Assembly (NCBI GenBank): GCA_051294905.1
Contig: CM119372.1
Coordinates: 26,104,001 to 26,168,000, forward strand
DNA: 64,000 nt
Direction of reading: 5' to 3'
From: Botryllus schlosseri
Lineage: Eukaryota
In this document: piece by piece, positions 13,197-25,051 of the stretch
How the letters are laid out: every line of letters begins with the position of its first letter
Numbering within the stretch: the stretch's first letter is position 1
Translations under genes and position numbers: made by a program
Notes under the pieces: generated by a model
Seen by the model: the letters and a program-made list of their open reading frames with translations, nothing else
What the model was told of the DNA's origin: nothing
The model's database searches: none

Positions 13197-14054
13197 CTCA
13201 TAATTTGCGCTCAGTAGGCTAAAGGCTGCTGCACACTGGTTCTCGCGACACGACAACACGAGAGAATCGCGCCTGTCTGTGACAAAACTATTAACACCGC
13301 GTCGCCAGACTACGCAACAAAGCGTCGGCGAGTGGGCTGCGCAGCTCCGCGACAAAGTTGAAAATTTTCCACTTTGTCGCGAGTTGCGGGCTCAGTTGCA
13401 GTAAAAAATAAGCAAGCGCTCTTATTTCGACGGTGCTGCTGCAATCTTTTCTAATCGTTCAACTTTCTAATTTACCATTCTCGTGTACCAGATGCGTAAT
13501 TTTTCTTGGGTTACATGGTGAAGGCTATGCGGGATTGACGCGGTGCGCTGTATGATATCCAACAAGCCCAGAAAAAGAATGATTCACACTCAAGTTGATA
13601 ACTTGAAGTTGGAAGAACGAAATGAAGATATATTTGATAATTGGATTACTATGCGATCACAATACAAGATGAATAACAGAGAACATGACCGCTAGCCCGC
13701 CAATGCTACTGAAATGCTTGACATTACGAAAGTACATGTAGGCCAAGAAGAGTATAGGCCTATATATTATAAAGATATCTGATTGATGGACTATGTCAGG
13801 GCGTTTCAACGATTAGACACCATCTTGTTTATATTCTTTGTATCTTGCGTACTGTATATTGTGCATCTGCGTCTTGAGTTGAAATAGTAAACTGAGTTTT
13901 CGAATTTGAGAATATCTCAGTGGCATTATAGTGCATTCCTTATATAATTCGGAGCATCAGCAAAATGCTGTCAGCACACATAGAAATCACATATGTGTAG
14001 GAAGTATCTTGATGTGTTCTTCAATAGTAATAACCGAGAACCTATACTGTTACG

Positions 14055-14737
14055 AAATCATTCCACCCGCTTTGAAAAACAATTGATTTCTGCTGTCGGT
14101 AAATGTTACGATACAGTCAAAACCAATGTGATTTTTACAACAACACAACTGCTCCCTTCAACACGCAAAGACGTGCTTCCTGCACTTCAACAAAGTAATG
14201 TAGTGTACGAATATAGGTGCCACTGTGATTGTGGCTACGTGGGAAGAACGTCAAGACGTCTGCAGGACCGCATAAACCAACATGTCCCCCAGATTTATCA
14301 GAACACGTGCGTCACGCGATGTGAAAAGCTCACCCTTAACTCATCCACTTAAGATTGATGCTGATCGATCAAAGGCAATTAATTCTGCCATCGGCAAACA
14401 TCTGTTGGATAATCCGATTTGTGCGAATAATTATCGAGACGACCGATTTCGAATCGTAGGTCGAGGCCGTTCACAATTCCATTTGTGTGCCTTGGAATCA
14501 ACTTTTATCAAAATACACCAACCAAAACTCTGTCAACAAAAGGAGTTCGTGTATCACCTAAAAATAGTACATTGAACGCTCTCTCATTCGAAATTTCATG
14601 CTGGTGACGTCATATTTTGTGATACGATTGTTGATATGCAATGTTCTTTCCAATTCTCTACTAGTTGCTGACGATTACCCCTGACGAGTGTCAGCCGAAA
14701 ATATTCGGGTTCATTTCAATATGAATATACTATTTAA
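14055..14737 (+). mobile_element. Penelope-like retroelement 3' fragment: frameshifted GIY-YIG endonuclease plus 3' UTR
   Basis: SNVVYEYRCHCDCGYVGRTSRRLQDRINQHVP / SAIGKHL...LCALESTFIKIHQPKLCQQKEF across ORFs 13993..14352 and 14282..14575; one frameshift near 14290. Confidence 0.9.
14667..14710 (+). ncRNA. minimal type I hammerhead ribozyme motif (Penelope-associated)
   Basis: ACCC-CUGACGA-G(UGUCAGC)C-GAAA-AUAU-UC-GGGU: complete catalytic core, palindromic AAUAUU stem III. Confidence 0.8.
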
Positions 14738-15495
14738 ATCATTAAGTTGGTACAGAACAGATAGGCCTACGTTACAACTCGGTGTCTCAATGTGCAGCAG
14801 AACGCAACTACCGCGATCGTGAGCGCGACATGATCGGGGAATTACCTGTTTTAGTCGTGTTGCAATGCCAGTGTGCAGCAGCCATAAGTGTCACTGAATA
14901 ATTAGTCTTTTCGTTGTTTGCTTGATTGTTTGGATGAGGGAGATGGTGTCGATTTTCGATTAAATGCACCTTCTACGACCGCAAGCGACGTGAACACAAT
15001 TACATAAATCTGACTTTTGTGCACAGGAAGAGCTATTAACATATGGAGTTTCTCAATCAGTTTTCCATAGTCCATAGCGACTACATTTACTCTCAGCGCC
15101 CCAATCGCCCAATTAGCATCTAGCGCCCCCTTCGAGGTGGCAAATGGCCACACTTTGGGAACCAGTGAACTACACATTTGCTATAACCCATACCTGGCGA
15201 GTGAGAGTGACGAATGATTATCATATAATAGCATATAGAGATTGTCTAATTTCGTTCGGACACGCCTATATCCTGAAATAATTCACCTAAAATTCACACA
15301 TTGCGTAATAAAGGCTGCTTCACCTTTAATAGCCTGTTGAACCTATTCGCTAATCTCCAAACCTTCGGTGAACCCCAAATTTTGGCTGAACCACAAGAAT
15401 AGAAATCTATCACACGACACATCAACTACAAATCGAGTACATTACTATAGATTACGGGCGTACAAATGAACTGTGCATAAAAAGTGTGTCAAAAA

Positions 15496-16776
15496 CAGAG
15501 GTGGTCAAAGTAGTCAAGAAAGCTACTCAAGTAGAAGTAGAAGTAGCGACGGAAAAATCTACTCAAGCGCGAGTAGAAGTACTTCTTCCATGAGCAACCT
15601 AAAACTACTTGAAGTAGAAGTAGAATTTGCTGGCTTTAAATCTACTCAAGTAAGTAAGTAGTTTTGAAAACAGTCTTAATTCGTTCGCATGGACTGTCAA
15701 AAGCTGCGAATTGAGCTATGCGGAAGGTGCAAAGAGCTTATTGATTCGTCGGAAGGTGAAGAGAGCTTCATGTATAATGCATATTGATGCATCCCAGAAT
15801 GTATAAATTTCCGACAGCATGAGCAACAAATGATATTAGTGATATAGAAATGAGATACCAATCTTTTGTTTACTCGAACATCCCGTTTTAGAAAATGTCA
15901 TGGCTTGTTCCCTCACCCATATTACGGCCTTCAGTTTAGTTGAAGAGCAATACGGAGAAGTTGTATGAATACGATGTTAACACTTTGTGCGATTCGTATA
16001 CGATGATCAAAAAAATATGTCGTAACGTAAAAATGCCATATAGCGTAATTGTATTTTGGGAAAGTAGACGGCGATGCAACACTTGCTTTTAAACTTAAGC
16101 ATGTATGTTCTGCAGACAAAAGAAATGAAACTAATTAGGACTTTTATTAATGATACTTCGAATTGAACGAGAACTACCAATACTACATCAGAAAAGCGGG
16201 AAATGTATTCTATGTCTTTTGTCGAGACAGTTTTAACGGTGGTCTGCTAAAACAGATATAACGCTCATAAAGTCACAGTTCACTTTTCCAGATTAGGACA
16301 CGCCATGGGCTGCTAGATTACGATATGATAGTTAAATGCTACACTGCGAAACGGTTGTTTCAAACGTTATGATGGGCCATATTTACTGTGATGAAATACG
16401 TCATATGCGCGACAATGCGGTGCAATGCAACCTGCAACCTAAATAATATTACCTTTCGTGAAAACATATTCGTAACTCTATATCTACTTCATGTGTAGCG
16501 CGACGGATATTTTGGGTTTGACTTAAATTTTCCTAAAATTGAAAGTTAAAACTCCGTGAAAACAGCCCGAGAATTCCCAAGTTTCTCTTTCTAGTTGGAG
16601 GGTTACACTACTTCTACTTGACAAACTGAAAATAGCGAGAAGTAAGTAAGTAGATCACAAAATATTACGAAGTAGAAGTAGCGAAGATTATATCTACTTG
16701 AGTAAGTACCAGAAGTAGAGGAAAACTACTTGAGTACTTCGAAAAAGTAGAAGTACTTCGTTACTGACCACCTCTG
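15496..16776 (+). mobile_element. hAT MITE with AAGTAG subterminal repeats
   Basis: TIR CAGAGGTGGTCA; perfect TSD GTCAAAAA; second copy at 46732-47798. Confidence 0.93.
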
Positions 16777-17082
16777 GTCAAAAATACAAAACCATTAATA
16801 TATAATATATTATTATAATTTTCACACACAACGAAAAAAAAGGTTATGAATATTTATTGCAAAACTGATTGACTTCTGTTGTTCCATTTCAGATACGAGT
16901 TCAGAAATGCGGGACTTCGCCTTAAAAAGTGCCATCATATTGTTCGATCGAAACGCAAAAGCATGATACCAACTGCTTAGTAGCCCATGAGATGATAACT
17001 TTAGCAGATACAATCGGCATTTCAGAATAACAGGAGTTTTTAAAGAAAAAATCAATTAAATAGTATATTCATATTGAAATGA

Positions 17083-17126
17083 ACCCGAATATTTTCGGCT
17101 GACACTCGTCAGGGGTAATCGTCAGC
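17083..17126 (-). ncRNA. hammerhead ribozyme motif, left arm of palindrome
   Basis: Reverse complement of the 14667-14710 motif. Confidence 0.78.
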
Positions 17127-17499
17127 AACTAGTAGAGAATTGGAAAGAACATTGTATATCAACAATCGTATCACAAAATATGACGTCACCAGCATGAAAT
17201 TTCGAATAAGAGAGCGTTCAATGTACTATTTTTAGGTGATACACGAACTCCTTTTGTTGACAGAGTTTTGGTTGGTGTATTTTGATAAAAGTTGATTCCA
17301 AGGCACACAAATGGATTGTGTGCCTTGGAATCAACTTTTATCAAAATACACCAACCAAAACTCTGTCAACAAAAGGAGTTCGTGTATCACCTAAAAATAG
17401 TACATTGAACGCTCTCTTATTCGAAATTTCATGCTGGTGACGTCATATTTTGTGATACGATTGTTGATATACAATGTTCTTTCCAATTCTCTACTAGTT

Positions 17500-17543
17500 G
17501 CTGACGATTACCCCTGACGAGTGTCAGCCGAAAATATTCGGGT
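17500..17543 (+). ncRNA. hammerhead ribozyme motif, right arm of palindrome
   Basis: Same sequence as 14667-14710. Confidence 0.78.
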
Positions 17544-17614
17544 TCATTTCAATATGAATATACTATTTAATTGTATATTGAAGTTCTGTACCTCCAAGAA
17601 GCTCTTCAAAAAAT

Positions 17615-18167
17615 CAATTTAAAACGAACATGTTTAAAACATGGCCCTTGCTTAAAACATGTTTCTATTGTTTTATTTATTGTTTGTAAGCCATGACGTC
17701 ACGCATACTCAATTGCAACGTCATCGTGGATTGATATTCACAATTGAAAATATAGGGCAAATATGGCTCCTTTGACGAAATAGGCTTCTAACCCCTGTCA
17801 TATACGGACTAAAAATATCTTTAACCAGGACTAACTATACATCGTCTTGCAGCATTTTTACGGTCGGCGATCACCATCATCAGAACATTCATTCCAATGA
17901 TCTATCGATATCTACCTAATATAGCTGTTGAACCGCCTATTTCGAGGGTTACAAACCTCCCACATTTTCTACGTCGGCTATATCGGGTGGTATAATCGTC
18001 GTCCGTTGGCTCATACAACATGTTTTGGAAAGTATTTGCACAATTATGACATGATTATACAACTTGAAAAACAATTTTTTTTTTCAAAGGCCTTTGTTTA
18101 AAACACTGTTTAAAACATGTTTCTGACAGAGTGCTCTACACAACCATTTGTATTAAATGAAACCCTA
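17615..18167. mobile_element. MITE, TAGGGTTGCATTT family (inverted relative to 9268)
   Basis: Right end AAATGAAACCCTA; internal reverse-complement similarity; left end degenerate. Confidence 0.7.
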
Positions 18168-18383
18168 CCCGTTACGTACATCATTGCAACGACGTTCAAC
18201 ATAACAGTAAAAATTCGACTTCTGATCGCGCGTAATTGCGTGTAGCAATGATGACCAAGACGCGCGTGTGATCAGTAATCATATATAAGAGTTGAGTGTA
18301 TGTCCTAATCTTTCTGAGACTTCTCAGGGAACCCTGGTTAAGAGTAAGACCAATTGGCCTGATGTTAGGAAAATAGGCTACAT

Positions 18384-19240
18384 CAGGGGTGTCAAACTCA
18401 AATTGCGTCGCGGGACGGATTGAAGCCTTCAAATCCCTCGCGGGCCGGATCAGTCAACTGATTCCAAAATGTTACTTCGTGCTCTTGCGTTTCACTTAAA
18501 TGCCTTAAAAACATATAGATAATACACGGATAATAGGGTTTTTAAAGTAGCAAGTCGCAACACCTTTATTCTCGAACATTGGAATTGGCAAAAATACGAT
18601 TGTCCGGTTATATACAGTTAAAAACCGCTAAAACAGTGTCGTTTGGTTAAACGACGATATAAGTTGGCATATTCTATGCCGTATGTTCCCTTTGATTTAG
18701 TCGTAATTTGGAGTTAGCCCTGCATATGCGTTGTGAGGAATACAAGATATTCAATTGGAAACGCGGACGTTGGAATTTGGTCTATTATTAAACCACAAGT
18801 CTGGTTTCGCTCATGTCTGGGGATCTATTGGGTCGAAAGTGACACAGCAGTGCGACCATAAATATTTCATTATTATAATTGTGCAACTTATATAACATAT
18901 TTCATGCAAACTGTATATAACAGTTCCACATTGGCGTTTTTGCTTCTGTGAACAACTACTTTTCTGTCGATATTTCTATAAAACTCTGAATTACGTGTTC
19001 ACTTTTTGCCTTCTTGAATGTCAATTTCACCGACATATTAGGCTATAGTGGTAACTATAGTAAAACCACAGCGCCGTAGTTGGGTGGTTATAATGGGGCC
19101 TGTGAACAGGGAATTATTTCGTGCAGAAAATCTCGACATTTGCTGCAAATGCAGTGCTGGAAAATGTAAGAATTTTTCAATCTACTCAGAATGGCTTCGC
19201 GGGCCGGATGAAATCGTCTGGAGTTTGTTTGACACCCCTG
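18384..19240. mobile_element. hAT MITE, CAGGGGTGTCAAAC family
   Basis: TIRs; perfect TSD GGCTACAT; inverted homolog of 25208-26397. Confidence 0.93.
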
Positions 19241-21161
19241 GGCTACATGATGCTTTTACGATATATTGATGTTGCATAAAGATGAATCCAACACGCTTTC
19301 TACAAGAAATTGACCGACTTTGTTCGCGCTCTATAATTGAATTTGAATGAATCTATCATGGTTAGTGGTTTCAAGACCACTGCTCTAACGAATTTAGGCC
19401 GAAATCTAACCCAGGTTGTAATACCGAAACGAAAATTGAACTGTTTCGTCATAATTAAATGGCGATTCACGTATAATCATGAGAGGATAAAGCTTGACAG
19501 CTGCTATACAGAAAAATGGATGTCAGAAAGTATTTGAAAACCTATTCTAATTGGTCATAGACTTACGGAACAATGAGGTAAGACATCTGTCTAACAACAT
19601 TAAACGATCATGTCACAATCTTGGTAGCGTCAGAAATAAGTGCTAGTAGCTGCGATGGTAACCTGGTAAACTGGATTTCATGGATTTTCAACGCATGATA
19701 TACTTTTAAAATATTGCCACAGTGTAACATACAGTAACGATTATGGCCACTGGCCAGTTGTTGTCCTGGGGCGAAAAGTCAAGCAGCTAAACCCCAGTAT
19801 TTCCCTAATACCTACTTACTCTCACTGAAGTAGCCTATATCGGTCTACTAATCGGAATAGTAAATGTAGACTGCTTCCCGTGCCATTTAACAAATCGAAT
19901 GTTAGTGGATCATATATGTTTGAACTGTCAGGCAATGAAGCTCCCATATACCATAATAAATTTATATTCTGGCCGTTATTTCCCAGCTGATGCACTAGCA
20001 ACGTTTCGAATTGATCGTTTGCTTCTTCCGCTATATTTGATAATGTTATAAAGAATGCGCCACTGTCTTCTAAACAGACTTCGACTCGCTAGAGCATTTC
20101 CAATGATTCACACCTTCTCCTCCTATTACTAGGTTGTGCCACAAGTTTCTTCGACAGCCTCCTTTCCTGTGGTTGTTATCGGAGGTCATTCGATTATAGC
20201 GGCCTCCGACTACCTTAATACCTTCAGTGAAATGACTTCAATTACTAGATATTCACTTCTCTCCTTACTGAAAGCACGTATGATTGGAATCATGAGCATG
20301 ACCTATAAAACAACCACACGAGCTATAACTAAATACACGCCAAGGTAATACGATATTACCACCGCACAGATGAATCCATTTCGCTATTCCTTCTAGACAG
20401 TGTATTTGACGATTCACCGAGTGCTCTTGGGACCAATATTGTTTCCGGCGATTGACGCAAGTCGCAGAGCCCCATTTGTCGTGAATTCGTTTTCAGTATG
20501 CACCAGGTCAACTCTGGTTATCGGCCTATAGCATTCATGTGAAGCATAACGTAGATATATGTTTCGATGTATGACCGTTTCCAAGTACCAGGATCGTATG
20601 TTATACCCAATCTAAAATTAGTGGACATTGACGTACTCAAATCACTTCGCGGTAATCAATTTTTGCCGGTCGATATTTCTTAACTAACAGAAGCTATATT
20701 TCCACTGATTACGGTAGACTACTGAGCCTGACGCTCTTCGGTAGTTTTCTTCGTAAAAATGTTGGTCCGCGACGACGTTCCTGCCAGTCCGCCAGGTATA
20801 TTACAATTTTATAGGCTTGTCCATTGATAATATAAATAAAACATCTAATTTTAAACTGATTCAGGTAACATTAGTGCTGGAAACATGTTCGATTTGACTT
20901 GAAGTTCAAGACGTGTCATTTGACGACATGCGAGTAACAAGTACGAGCTGACTCGCTTAACCGCGCAGTTTGCGCGATCATTCGTTTTTGATTCATTCAT
21001 TTTGCGAATGACCGTAACTGGTGCACCCTACCCCCCAAATTGGAGGGGGGCTGAGCTTGAAGGTGACCCAAAATTATTTCGCAAATCAACATAAATCATA
21101 GAGTATTTTTTGAAACTTTTTCCAACATTTTTCAATTTCTTTTCATTCTTGTGCGATTTAA

Positions 21162-22982
21162 CCCTAGAATGCATAACAGGGGTCAAAATGACCCAAACGG
21201 TGCTATTCATCATAACAGCTCAACACATATTGGGAATTAAGTCCTGCAATTTCTTGACTTTGTTAGTCTTTTATACTTGTACATGATGGGGAAAAATTGT
21301 TCTGTAAAATTCTACCTTTGACAAGAAAAATGCATTTTTCATCAAGTACCCCGAGAATGCATAACGGGGGTCATTTTGACCCGCAGCATATTGAAATAGA
21401 AAAATAGCCAACAAATGAGGCCTGAGATCATCAGATTTCATAACCAGACAAAGATTGTGTGGTCTTGATTGACCAAATGATTCAAACATATACTTGCAAA
21501 CGACAAACCTGCCGATGGCCTCTAGAAATGGGGCGAGATGTCATGGATGGCGAGACTGATGTGTCAGGTCGTGGTTCGGTAATCTTGAAGATGGTCTAGT
21601 ATTAATTTAGTAGTAATTGCTTGTATTTCAACTTCCATGTGGACATGCTCGTCGGATGGCCGGCGGGATTCTGTTCCACACAACAGATTCGGCATATTTG
21701 ATAGAGTGATGAACTTCGGTCGATCATGTGATAGTTGGACGACGTTGACGCGCGTGTGTTGTACTTGTACTCTTTTGCTTCCGAGGTAAAGAAGTCATTG
21801 AAATATTCGGGGAAATGGCCGCAGTTGAACTGAAACATAAACTTGGCGATTTCTAGTTTCCGCATATCTTCTATGTTTAGAACACAGCAGCGACTTGTTG
21901 GATGGACAACCAGTCCCCTTTGGGGTCCTAGCTGCGATATGGAGTACGTTATGTTGTAGTTTTTGCAGTGGCTCGAGTGCAGTTTTACTAGCAGCCCCTC
22001 AACAGAGGACGGCATATTGTAGCTTGGATTGGATTAAGGATTTAAAGAGTATCAGAAGAACCCAGGCTGGCATGAAGCGTCTAATGCTGTAGAACAGGCC
22101 GCACTTCGCTGATAATGTAATGTCTAGGGACTGAATATGACTATTGCAGGACATTTCCGAATCGAGTAAACCCTGAGATATTTGGCATTTTCTGTGTTGG
22201 AGACGGGCTGACCAGCGATGTCAACGGTTGGGTTATTTTTTTAATTTACTGTCAGCAATTAGGATTCCGAGGCGTTTATGCAAAGGTTATTTTGGGCCGT
22301 CCACTTATGCACTTTGGGCATTTGGTCACTCGTCAGGGCATCCAGCTCTGCCGTCGAAGATGCGGAAGAGAGGAGGTGAGTATCATCAGCAGACAGTGCG
22401 GTGTTCAATTAGGAGGTTTTAAAATGTCGTTGACATATAAGTTGAGGTGGACTGGTCCCAATACTGAGCCTTGGCATATAATGACAAGACAGACGAGACA
22501 ATGCCGCAGAGCCACAAGAAAGGCTATGGTGAGATGTGGCTTAGATTTTCGCAGTTAATCCCTGCAAACAGCAAACACGTTGCTGAAGAAGAAGCGGTGT
22601 TCCTATCTTCAGACCCAAAGGATAAGAAAGCTGCAAAATGTTGCTCTAGATGTTGCAGATTCGTGTGCTCTGAATACAGCGTGACCATGATTACAGGAAA
22701 CAAATGCAGTGTATGAATCAGGCTATTCTTCGTAGTGTGAGCTGTTCTGGACTTTTCTTTCATTTTACCATTGGCTTCTTTATACTATTTTTCGTGGGTT
22801 GTTTCATTAGAATGAAGCAAAAACTGTAGATATGTCGTCTTCATGCAAATGGAAGATCCGTGGAGAGGCCAAAAAGAAAAATATTCAATGTCTTCATAAT
22901 AGAATTGCAAGTAATATCAGTACGGGTCAAAATGACCCCTGTTATGCATTAGCGTAAGTTTTCTCGCGTATGCATTCTAGGG
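21162..22982. mobile_element. piggyBac-type non-autonomous element
   Basis: TTAA|CCCTAGAATGCATA ... TATGCATTCTAGGG|TTAA; subterminal GGGTCAAAATGACCC motifs. Confidence 0.92.
21525..22475 (-). mobile_element. CR1/L2-type LINE reverse transcriptase fragment (decayed)
   Basis: QGSVLGPVHLNLYVND, LSADDT and C-terminal KLEIAKFMFQF..P.YF...YNTR motifs; homologous to ~48270-49220. Confidence 0.88.
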
Positions 22983-24313
22983 TTAATGTCACTAAATGTC
23001 TTGCATATGGGATGCTCTTTTCCAATAAATGCGCATAATTTATAGAAATAAGCATTTCGGCTTCAGCCATCACCGCGTCACTACTCACCAACACATAATG
23101 AAGTTGAGGCTAACATGGAACTCCAGATTCGGCAGCGAGAAAACCTGCCCGAAGAGGACTGCGTGGACCATAAATTTCGATTAACATGAATAATTGCCCA
23201 TAGGCGCCTAAATGGCTGGCGCGGAATCTTGCTGCCCCGGTAATCTGTAGCCTACCCCACATGACAGATGCCATCACAAACAGCAAAAGTATTTGCCAGT
23301 GAAGAAATACCAGTTTGGAATAGTCTGCGGCTTTTAGTTAGGTACCATTGAACGATTTCAATTTCTCTTCACAATATAACAGACATTATTAGGTCACGAA
23401 ATAATGACATGCAAAGAAGGGATTATTTCAAAAGGCCCACCCTAATATGTTTAAGCTCGATATTTTCCAAGACGACACCTCCCTCAACTCTACCAGAAGA
23501 TCTGACAATTCTGAGAGGATGAAAAAATTATGGCAATATATATGCAATTACCAATATTATTGACCGATTGAATGATCGAAATTTGTTGCTATTGGTACGA
23601 TTAAGCCTTGGCTATAAAACTCTCTGCTCACACTAAGTGGATTTAATGTGCTCACGAGTAAAGATGAAATCATCCATCCAACTGTTGGGTCTGATTTATT
23701 GCCCTGTCAGGGCCCAAGACCGATTTTTAGTGGGTTGGCTGAGGAAGTGCTTTTTCGGCCCGGATTTTGCAGGTGTCCGCGGTATAACTGTTATCAGGTG
23801 TTTTCGTGCGGCACATTGTACACGCAGTTGCCAGAGTATAGGCTACGTCTGACGGTCGTGGGCAATGAGCAAGGTAGCACGACAAGGTGCTTGTTTCGAC
23901 TCCGAAACTCTTCTTCTTTCGATGATGTCAAAGAGTAGAATATTATCCGAGTTGGTGTGGTCGATTAACCACGGCCTTCGATAAGAAAGACTGTAAACGA
24001 CTGTCGGCGGTAGCACGTTTATCTGGACAAGGCAATTTTAACTCGACTCAGCAGACTCACTACCTCAAAATCACATGGATGCCATCATGGACATAATTAA
24101 TTACGTGAATAGTCCTCTAAATGTCACTCTCTAGCACCATAAACTTGCAAAAAACTTTTTTTTATATTCGATTGATTGATTAATTTCAATTTTAGAAAGT
24201 CCACCGGTCCGCCAAACATTTTTTGAAATGTTACCGGTACGCGAGGTGATAAAGGTTGAGAACCACTGGCTTACATAACATATTTTGTGGACGAGCACTC
24301 TATTTCCCGTCTG

Positions 24314-24618
24314 CAGTGTTTCTCAAACTTCTTCCGATTACTTACCACTAATTCGTTTTACCACACAGCGTACCACTAATTTGTTTTCCACTACACGGCG
24401 AACCTACTGAATTACTTAGGTTGCTTGAATGATCCGGCGTTTATTGGTTATTCCTCTTAGAATTGCACCACAATACCAATGAGATAATTGCCACTGTTTC
24501 TTATGCAGAAGCTTTTCAATCCGGGGTATGCTGGCATTACTCACAGCACTCTTCGCGTACCACATCAGAAGCTCTCGCGTGCCACCAGCGGCACGCGTTC
24601 CACAGTTGGAGATCACTG
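24314..24618. mobile_element. degenerate hAT MITE
   Basis: CAGTGTTTCTCAAAC ... GTTGGAGATCACTG; no TSD recognisable. Confidence 0.6.
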
Positions 24619-24947
24619 GCCTGTATCATGTAAGGTGAACAGCACCAGGTTTTTACATTTTATCAAGCTTAATATACGACTAAACTGATATACCCGCTTT
24701 CTTCAAATCTCTAAGCAGAAACAGCTGAGCAGACTGGCTGCGATGCAAAAGACACGTATCCACTTTGAATGCGTCGCCTTTTTATAACATATTTATCAGA
24801 TCAGTTGCTTTTCCGATACTTACGTCTTACAACAAGCGTCTGTGATTAAATATATCTATTCCGTCTAATACAAATGAATTTGTATAATATTTTACTAATA
24901 AATTATCGGATTCAAGTGCCTCTAAGGAATTTAGTGGGTGACTTTAG

Positions 24948-25051
24948 TTAGAAGAGGTTGCTTTCCTCGGTTTCATCTTTTTTACCGCACGGTTTTTCGA
25001 CGTTTTCCGGAACATCACAGTGATCTGCTCTACTGGAAGTATATAGTTTTC
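24948..25051 (-). CDS. CBM14-vWA gene terminal exon, completes CBM14 #6
   Basis: GKLYTSSRADHCDVPENVEKPCGKKDETEESNLF*; strong polypyrimidine acceptor. Confidence 0.82.

Larger units (their letters stand above)
13223..14884. mobile_element. PIF/Harbinger-type non-autonomous element containing a Penelope fragment
   Basis: TIR GGCTGCTGCACACTGG / CCAGTGTGCAGCAGCC flanked by TAA on both sides. Confidence 0.8.
17053..17573. repeat. long palindrome of two Penelope 3' ends (258-bp arms, 5-nt spacer ATGGA)
   Basis: 17053-17310 is the reverse complement of 17316-17573; both match ~14483-14737. Confidence 0.95.
20765..24268 (-). mobile_element. hAT-type element hosting a piggyBac MITE and a LINE
   Basis: Ends GTTGAGAACCACTG; reverse-complement homolog of 51026-52898 on both sides of the nested insertion; left end degenerate. 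Confidence 0.75.
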
